Part shown: positions 58,164-64,000 of the stretch, piece after piece | Layout of the letters: the number at the start of each line of letters is the position of its first letter | How positions within the stretch are numbered: position 1 is the stretch's first letter | Origin: a bacterium | GTDB lineage: Bacteria > Bacteroidota > Ignavibacteria > Kapaibacteriales > Kapaibacteriaceae | Assembly (NCBI GenBank): GCA_036840065.1 | Contig: DAITZZ010000006.1 | Coordinates: 8,465-72,464 of the forward strand | Length of the DNA stretch: 64,000 nucleotides | Direction: 5' to 3' | The notes under the pieces: generated by a model | Databases searched by the model: none | Told to the model about the DNA's origin: nothing | What the model saw: only the letters and a program-made list of their open reading frames with translations | Position numbers and translations under genes: made by a program

Positions 58164-60626
58164 TTAGTACACGACAAGCTTTTTCAATGTCCGCCCGCTG
58201 GTTGAACCATCGATTGCAAGCATGTAGAGTCCGCCCTGCACCACAGCGCCAGCAATGTCTCGGCGGTCCCAGCGCAGTTCGCCCCTTCCCTCTATCGTCT
58301 GAATGAGCTGACCCGTCAGAGTGTAGATCGAGAGCATCAGGCGCTCGTCCGGTGCACCGGCAACGGTCACGTCACTGGCTGCAGGGTTCGGGTACACGCG
58401 GACGCTTCCTGCGGCCGGGGCCGGATCTCCTTCGTCGACGCTTGTTACCTCGGTACGGTCAACGTAAAAGGTCACAAGTCCAAGGTCCGTGCTCACACTG
58501 ACGAGCGCACCGAGCCCTTCGGCCTGGGTCGATTGCACGCAGAGTGACAGCTTTTCACCGTTGCGCAGATCAATCGGCGTTGTCGGAAATGGCGAGAAGC
58601 CCCACGTCAGAGCACCGTCACCCGAGATACGAACTCCGGTGATCACCGTGCTTCCGCACGGTATCTCAAAGGACTCGTTGCAGATCGTTGTTCCGGCCTG
58701 TCCCTTCGGGAAGAAGAGCGTGTCCTTGGAGAAGCGCAATGACGGTGCGCCATCCCCGCTGACGGTGAAGGTTTCCTGTCCCGAGCTGGCAAAGAATGTC
58801 ACCTTTGCTTCAAATGGTCCGGCCGACCTGGGGCTAACACGGATCTGCAGATTACGACGCTCATTAACGGCCATCGTGAAGGGGGCCTTCAGGCCCACAA
58901 CTTCGATCTTCGTTACCGGGTCGGCCGAGATCGACGTGATCGTAATCGGCGATCCGCCATCGTTGATCAGCAGGCCCGTAAGCGTTGTGTCGACCGTTAG
59001 ACATGTAACGATTCCTCCGAGGGCGATCGATGATGACGCAAGCTTCAGACGTCCCGGACCGGCCACGGGCTGCACGCTCACTACTGCACCTGTTGAGGTA
59101 ACACTGTCACAGCGGTTGAAGACCATGCAGGTGTAGACGCCGCTATCTTGACGGGTGACGCTGACGATGCGCAGAAGTCGGTTCTTACCCGATGGAATCA
59201 CCTTGCCATCGCGGAACCACTGGTAGACGAGTTCTTCGCCCCCTGCCTCGACTGACAGAGTGAGCGTGTCACCCTCACGCAGAGCCCGGTCCACCGGCTG
59301 CGTGCGGATAAGCGGTAGCGCCGTGATGTCGAGCTTGACCTCAGCCGAGGTCACACTCGGAGAGCAGGCACCCTCGACTCGGCAACTATATGTCGCCTCG
59401 TCCAGAAGCGTGGCTCTGTCGAACTTGAGTACGCTCAATGTGTCATCGGGCAACGGCGCTCCGTTCTTTAGCCACTGAAAGCGCAGATCTGCGCCGCTGG
59501 CAGCGATCGAGAACGACGCACTGTCACCTTCACAGATCAGTCTCGGAAGGGGCTGGCGTGTAATGGTCGGTCGGTCGCCGACGCTCACGAGTATCTCATT
59601 TGAGGAAGCACTGGTGTTGCAGGCGAACACCACGCATTGGTAGAGGCCCGCCTCGGCCTGCGTTGCCTGGTTGATGGTCAGAACGGGATTGGTCCCGCCC
59701 GGAATATCTACGCCGTTACGACGCCATCGGTACTGTACGTTGTTGCCGGTGGCCGATACCGTTAGAGTGAGTGTTTTCCCGGCACAGACAAACGTCGGAG
59801 CCGGCTGCAGAGTGATGTTGGGTCCGGCCTGCACATTGATCGCGCCGCTACGTGTGATCTCTTCGCCCGTCGCCGCGTCGACCATGCGAATGATATAGCT
59901 TCCGGCAGCTACCGTCGTCGGAATGGTATACAGCGTCGAAAGGCCACTCGCCGCAAGCGTACTGATCACCTCGGTGGTGGCGAAGTTATCCTTCGACATT
60001 TCGATACGCACCATGCCAAGGCCTGTCTGCGACCATTCAACGGTGATCTGCGAACCGGCGCAAATCGTCGTGCCGGCGGCAGGTTTGGTGAAGTTCGCAC
60101 CCGTGACGGTCATCGTGATATTGCCGGTCAGAGCCCAATCGTCGGCGTCATTATCGTTGCCATCATTGTTGACGGCATTGCCCGCTCCGGCAAAACTGTA
60201 CGTCCCGTGCGCCGCAGGCGCAGTCCACTGAAACGCAAAGCGCGCCGTAGCGCCATTGAACGCCGTAACACCGGTCTGCGTCAGCTCGTTGGCAAAGATC
60301 TGCGTGTTGGGTCCAGGTATGAGCGTGCCGACAGTCCCAACGTTATCTCGAAAGCTCAGATTAAAGCCGGCGTTGCGGTGCAAACCATGACCGACGATGA
60401 ATGTGAAGGTATTTGTCGCCCCGGCTTTGACCGTGCGTGGACCCTCAAGATTGACGTTGGTGTTGGCTGAAGCGCCACCGTGGCAGCCACCACAGCCCAC
60501 GATCGATCGTCCAGAAATGCCTCCGCTGCTGGCAACGCCAATGTTCGATGCGGAAATCAGCATCAGCGACAAGATCGCGAGCCTCAGCGGTAAAAGCAGG
60601 CGGAAAGGGCGCGTGGTAATCGACAT
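58164..60626 (-). CDS. secreted Ig-like repeat protein with an N-terminal CxxCH-containing domain and a T9SS C-terminal sorting domain
   Basis: Start at ATG 60626 (GGAGA upstream) with a signal or anchor helix. CGGCH lies at 60480-60494. Three tandem I-set-like repeats each carry a Y-x-C motif (LYQC, TYSC, VYTC). The tail is VYPNPAASDVTV...GGLYMLAID...KKLVVY. Confidence 0.8.
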   Translation of the reverse strand: MSITTRPFRLLLPLRLAILSLMLISASNIGVASSGGISGRSIVGCGGCHGGASANTNVNLEGPRTVKAGATNTFTFIVGHGLHRNAGFNLSFRDNVGTVGTLIPGPNTQIFANELTQTGVTAFNGATARFAFQWTAPAAHGTYSFAGAGNAVNNDGNDNDADDWALTGNITMTVTGANFTKPAAGTTICAGSQITVEWSQTGLGMVRIEMSKDNFATTEVISTLAASGLSTLYTIPTTVAAGSYIIRMVDAATGEEITRSGAINVQAGPNITLQPAPTFVCAGKTLTLTVSATGNNVQYRWRRNGVDIPGGTNPVLTINQATQAEAGLYQCVVFACNTSASSNEILVSVGDRPTITRQPLPRLICEGDSASFSIAASGADLRFQWLKNGAPLPDDTLSVLKFDRATLLDEATYSCRVEGACSPSVTSAEVKLDITALPLIRTQPVDRALREGDTLTLSVEAGGEELVYQWFRDGKVIPSGKNRLLRIVSVTRQDSGVYTCMVFNRCDSVTSTGAVVSVQPVAGPGRLKLASSSIALGGIVTCLTVDTTLTGLLINDGGSPITITSISADPVTKIEVVGLKAPFTMAVNERRNLQIRVSPRSAGPFEAKVTFFASSGQETFTVSGDGAPSLRFSKDTLFFPKGQAGTTICNESFEIPCGSTVITGVRISGDGALTWGFSPFPTTPIDLRNGEKLSLCVQSTQAEGLGALVSVSTDLGLVTFYVDRTEVTSVDEGDPAPAAGSVRVYPNPAASDVTVAGAPDERLMLSIYTLTGQLIQTIEGRGELRWDRRDIAGAVVQGGLYMLAIDGSTSGRTLKKLVVY

Positions 60627-60663
60627 GGAGTCTCCGTTCACGGAATCTGGAAGCATTCGGTGA

Positions 60664-60696
60664 AAATACGACGGGCCAACGTTTTGCGTTGGCCCG
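60664..60696 (-). terminator. probable terminator after yceI
   Basis: 10-bp stem CGGGCCAACG / CGUUGGCCCG followed on the minus strand by a weak U-tract (GUCGUAUUUUC). Confidence 0.5.
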
Positions 60697-60727
60697 TGGG
60701 TTCCGAGTTGTATGTCGAGGCAAAGAT

Positions 60728-61372
60728 TTAGGAATTCGAGAACAGCTTCGCTGTGACGGCAATCTTCTCACCGACGCTCTTTCCAACAACACCGGCCTTG
60801 CCGGTGATGTTGTGCTCGGCCAATGCCACCGTGAACGACGCCTCGATCATGGCAAGGTTACCGGAAGCACGCTTCTTGGTCTCGGCTGATTCCGGCAGAT
60901 AGGTGATCGTGACATTGGCCGTGCTCGGCTTGGTCACACCATGGCAGGTGAAACTGCCGACCGCCGTGGCCGTCACGACGCTACGTCCGTCCTTGGTTGT
61001 GACCTTGACATCCTTGAGCGACTTGACGTCGAAAACGATCGTTGGATAAGTGCCGGCATCAAGCCACATCGCATCATACATGTGTTCATCACGCTTGCTG
61101 TTGGCCGTCTTCATGGTCATGACCTTGACCGTGATCTTACCGGTCGTTGCCTCGAGGTTGGCCGCATCAAGCATGAATGATCCATCAACACCGTCGGAGG
61201 TGCCGTTGATCTTCTCCATGGGTGCGTCAGAAACGAATTCGATGGCATTCTTGCCGACCGAGTTATTGAGCGTGTACTTCTTTGCTCCAGCGGCTGCACC
61301 GGGAATGGATGTTGCCGAGGAGAATGCCACTGCTGCCACGAAGGCAACGGCCAGAATGAGAGTCTTGCGCAT
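60728..61372 (-). CDS. yceI: YceI family (polyisoprenoid-binding) periplasmic protein
   Basis: Signal peptide MRKTLILAVAFVAAVAFSSA and the YceI blocks FVSDAPMEKINGTS, TANSKRDEHM and GSFTCHGVTKP. Confidence 0.82.
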   Translation of the reverse strand: MRKTLILAVAFVAAVAFSSATSIPGAAAGAKKYTLNNSVGKNAIEFVSDAPMEKINGTSDGVDGSFMLDAANLEATTGKITVKVMTMKTANSKRDEHMYDAMWLDAGTYPTIVFDVKSLKDVKVTTKDGRSVVTATAVGSFTCHGVTKPSTANVTITYLPESAETKKRASGNLAMIEASFTVALAEHNITGKAGVVGKSVGEKIAVTAKLFSNS

Positions 61373-61403
61373 GACGACCTTTCTGATAATGATGGTGATT
61401 CGA

Positions 61404-62546
61404 CTAATTGTGTGTTGCACCACGCAATTTACGGACTATATCCGAAAGTATTGTGCAGGCCTGATAAATCTCTTGCTGCGTGGTGTACTTGCTCACTGAA
61501 AACCGCACGGCGGCGCGCGATTCAGACGCTGTGAGCCCCATGGCAAGCAGAACATGCGACGGCTGCTGGCTACCGGATACGCAGGCACTTCCATTCGAGA
61601 CGGCAATACCGGCAATGTCCATAGACTGAATGATCGCTTCTCCGTCGATCCTGTCGGCATCGACAAATGAGACGTTCAGGATATTCGGCAGAGCCGAATC
61701 AGAAGGTGTATTCAGCCGGACATCTGGGATCTCCTTCTGGATGATCTCGCGCGCCGTCGTGATCAGAGTCCGCATTTGAGCCGCACGCTGATCCATCTGT
61801 TCCATTGCACTCTTAACAGCCTGCGCAAAGCCAACGATCAGCGCTACCGGTTCGGTGCCGGCCCGGCGGTTGCGCTCCTGTCCGCCCCCTTGCTGATGTG
61901 ACTTGAAGTCTATCCCCTTTCGGATGAACATCGCGCCGATACCCTTCGGCCCATGAATCTTATGCGCCGAGACGCTCAGAAAGTCAACGCCCAGCGCCTG
62001 CACATCAATGGGGATCTTTCCGAATGTCTGCACCGCGTCGCTATGCAGGTAGGCATTGGGAACTCCCCGACGGATCTCAGCAAGGGGCTGAATGGTTCCT
62101 GTCTCGTTGTTGGCGTGCATAATGCTGACAAGCGTGCGCGGGACGTTCAGCGGCGTTAACTGCCCCTGGTCTACACGGCCTGAGCGGTCAACCGGAAGGA
62201 TCGTCAGCGGCACCCCCTGCTGCTGCAGGGTCTCGGCCGGATGCAGCACGGCATGGTGCTCAGTAGCGGCCACAGCCAACCGGTCGGCCAGAGCCGATTC
62301 CGAGCAGACGCTTTTGAGAATGGCGTTGTTGGATTCCGTGCCACCGCTGGTGAAAATGATCTCGGCCGGATGGGCATTCATCGCCGTTGCGATGGCCGTT
62401 CTGGCCGACTCGATCGCAACACGAGCCCGCCGGCCGCTGGCATAGATGCTGGAAGCATTGCCGTATTCGTCGCGCAGCCAGGGCATCATCGCCTCAAGAA
62501 CGTCGTCGTCTATACGAGTCGTCGCACTATTGTCGAGGTAGATCAT
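61404..62546 (-). CDS. cysteine desulfurase (NifS/IscS class V aminotransferase)
   Basis: MIYLDNSATT, PLP-lysine block SAHKIHGPKG and active-site loop SNGSACVSG. Confidence 0.9.
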   Translation of the reverse strand: MIYLDNSATTRIDDDVLEAMMPWLRDEYGNASSIYASGRRARVAIESARTAIATAMNAHPAEIIFTSGGTESNNAILKSVCSESALADRLAVAATEHHAVLHPAETLQQQGVPLTILPVDRSGRVDQGQLTPLNVPRTLVSIMHANNETGTIQPLAEIRRGVPNAYLHSDAVQTFGKIPIDVQALGVDFLSVSAHKIHGPKGIGAMFIRKGIDFKSHQQGGGQERNRRAGTEPVALIVGFAQAVKSAMEQMDQRAAQMRTLITTAREIIQKEIPDVRLNTPSDSALPNILNVSFVDADRIDGEAIIQSMDIAGIAVSNGSACVSGSQQPSHVLLAMGLTASESRAAVRFSVSKYTTQQEIYQACTILSDIVRKLRGATHN

Positions 62547-62794
62547 CAGGCCCGACCAAAGCCCTTATACAGATCAAACTTCGCGCTGTAAAGCACGATG
62601 TTCAGGTGCTCGTCCCGCAGAGTGCCGCCCGAAGGGGACAAAAAGAACGTGCCCGTTTGCGGCGTGACCGTTTTGGCAAGGACTCCTGTCTCATCCACGT
62701 AGAACGTGAGGATCTTGTATCCAAGATGCTCCTCAGCGGTGGCCGCCTGGGCAAGGAGATTTTCCGGAGTGTACAGGTGCAGATCAGATTCCAT
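62546..62794 (-). CDS. hypothetical small protein (82 aa)
   Basis: Its stop overlaps the desulfurase ATG (TGATG), which suggests translational coupling. No family recognised. Confidence 0.5.
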   Translation of the reverse strand: MESDLHLYTPENLLAQAATAEEHLGYKILTFYVDETGVLAKTVTPQTGTFFLSPSGGTLRDEHLNIVLYSAKFDLYKGFGRA

Positions 62795-62937
62795 CAGATT
62801 GGCTGGTCGGTGGCAACAACTTCACGGTCCAAGCCGTGAAAATTACGAGTAATTTTGCCGTTCGGGCGCTGGACATCGGCACGATGATCCAGCCTTTAAC
62901 GTCATAGGCGCTTCCGTCCACCAAACACAACCACGTC

Positions 62938-64000
62938 ATGCTAAAGTTTCTGCAGTCACTTTTCGGCGGATCGAAACACGAAAAGGACGTCAAGCAGCTC
63001 CTGCCTATCGTCGAGCAGATCAACCAACAGTTTGCGGCGCTCGAGTCACTATCGAATGACGAACTTCGAGCAAAGACGCAGGAGTTCCGCGAGCGCGTTG
63101 TCGAGGCCGTTGCTGATCTTCGGTCCGAAGCCGATGAGATCCGCGAACGTCTTCGCACAGACCTGGCGATGGATCACAGCGATAGGTCCAACCTCTACGC
63201 GCGTTTGACGGCGAATGAACGTGAGCAGTTTGAAGCAACCCAGGAAGCACTCAACGACATCCTTCCTGAGGCGTTCGCCGTCGTGAAGGAAGCCTGCCGA
63301 CGTCTGGTGGGACATCGCTACATGGTTGTCGGTAACGAGCAGACATGGGACATGGTCCCCTACGATGTGCAACTGATCGGCGGTATGGTTCTGCACCAGG
63401 GCAAGATCGCAGAGATGGGAACCGGCGAAGGTAAGACGCTCGTCTCGACGCTGCCGTTGTATCTCAATTCCCTTGCCGGACGGGGCGTACACCTTGTGAC
63501 GGTGAACGATTACCTGGCTCGACGTGACCGCGAGTGGATGCGTCCGATCTTTGATTTTCTCGGCATCAATACCGGCTGCATTCAGTCCGACATGCGTCCG
63601 GATGACCGCAAGGTTCAATATGCAGCTGATATCACCTGGGGCACCAATAACGAGTTCGGATTCGATTATCTGCGCGACAACATGGTTACCGACCCACAGG
63701 ACATGGTTCAGCGCGGGCACTGGTTTGCGATCGTTGACGAGGTCGACTCGGTTCTGATCGACGAGGCACGGACGCCCCTTATCATCTCCGGACCGGTCAC
63801 GGCCGGCAGCACCGAAACGGCATTCGTCGATATGAGGCCACGCATTCAGCGGCTTGTCGATGCCCAGGCCAAATTCGTCAACAGCATTGTTGCCGAGGCC
63901 GAAAAGCTCCTGGCAACGGGATACAAAGAAGACCGCGTGAACGCAGGCGTTAACCTTCTTCGCGCCAACCGCGGAATGCCGAAGCAGAGCAAGCTGCTGA
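62938..64000 (+). CDS. secA: preprotein translocase ATPase SecA, N-terminal part (continues beyond the right edge)
   Basis: Not in the ORF track because there is no stop in the window. My translation is [21 protein letters not shown]...[19 protein letters not shown]...[23 protein letters not shown]. Confidence 0.92.
   Translation, partial: MLKFLQSLFGGSKHEKDVKQLLPIVEQINQQFAALESLSNDELRAKTQEFRERVVEAVADLRSEADEIRERLRTDLAMDHSDRSNLYARLTANEREQFEATQEALNDILPEAFAVVKEACRRLVGHRYMVVGNEQTWDMVPYDVQLIGGMVLHQGKIAEMGTGEGKTLVSTLPLYLNSLAGRGVHLVTVNDYLARRDREWMRPIFDFLGINTGCIQSDMRPDDRKVQYAADITWGTNNEFGFDYLRDNMVTDPQDMVQRGHWFAIVDEVDSVLIDEARTPLIISGPVTAGSTETAFVDMRPRIQRLVDAQAKFVNSIVAEAEKLLATGYKEDRVNAGVNLLRANRGMPKQSKLL

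Noticed and set aside
63049-63720. 223-aa ORF on the - strand
   Set aside because: It is antisense to secA, which is missing from the ORF track only because it runs off the window without a stop.

Overview
This is a 64-kb chromosomal window from a bacterium of roughly 57-62% GC by hand counts on housekeeping lines. The 287-aa RpoD starting [23 protein letters not shown], a type-A RNase P RNA and five proteins ending in T9SS (Por) C-terminal sorting domains point to the FCB group (Bacteroidota, Ignavibacteriota, Chlorobi-like or Rhodothermota). I cannot name the organism. Coding density is high and most genes are housekeeping: queE (partial), recG, ilvE, panC, glyQS, ctp-like S41 peptidase, rpoD, rimM, trmD, mpl, recQ, purM, purN, metH, trmO, NIF3, rnpB, lipA, scpAB, alr, asparaginase, hisC-like, hppD, gdh, a cysteine desulfurase and secA (partial). 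The accessory content is five T9SS cargo genes: a BNR-repeat protein, a 1413-aa S8 protease with FG-GAP repeats, an Ig-repeat protein with one CxxCH motif, and two giant paralogues of about 1530 and 1575 aa. The most unusual locus is 29.3-40.2 kb, where the two giant paralogues of unknown function flank kpsF (arabinose-5-phosphate isomerase). The downstream paralogue is bracketed by an exact 100-bp direct repeat whose second copy is the live 3' end of kpsF, with an exact 11-bp direct repeat nested at the ORF borders and lower GC than the flanks. This looks like a recently inserted or excisable cassette, and no recombinase gene is present in the window. I saw no CRISPR array, tRNA, rRNA, transposase, integrase or recognisable defence system. 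All calls come from reading motifs in the supplied translations and the DNA. No homology search was run, so family names are motif-level assignments and start codons are best guesses.
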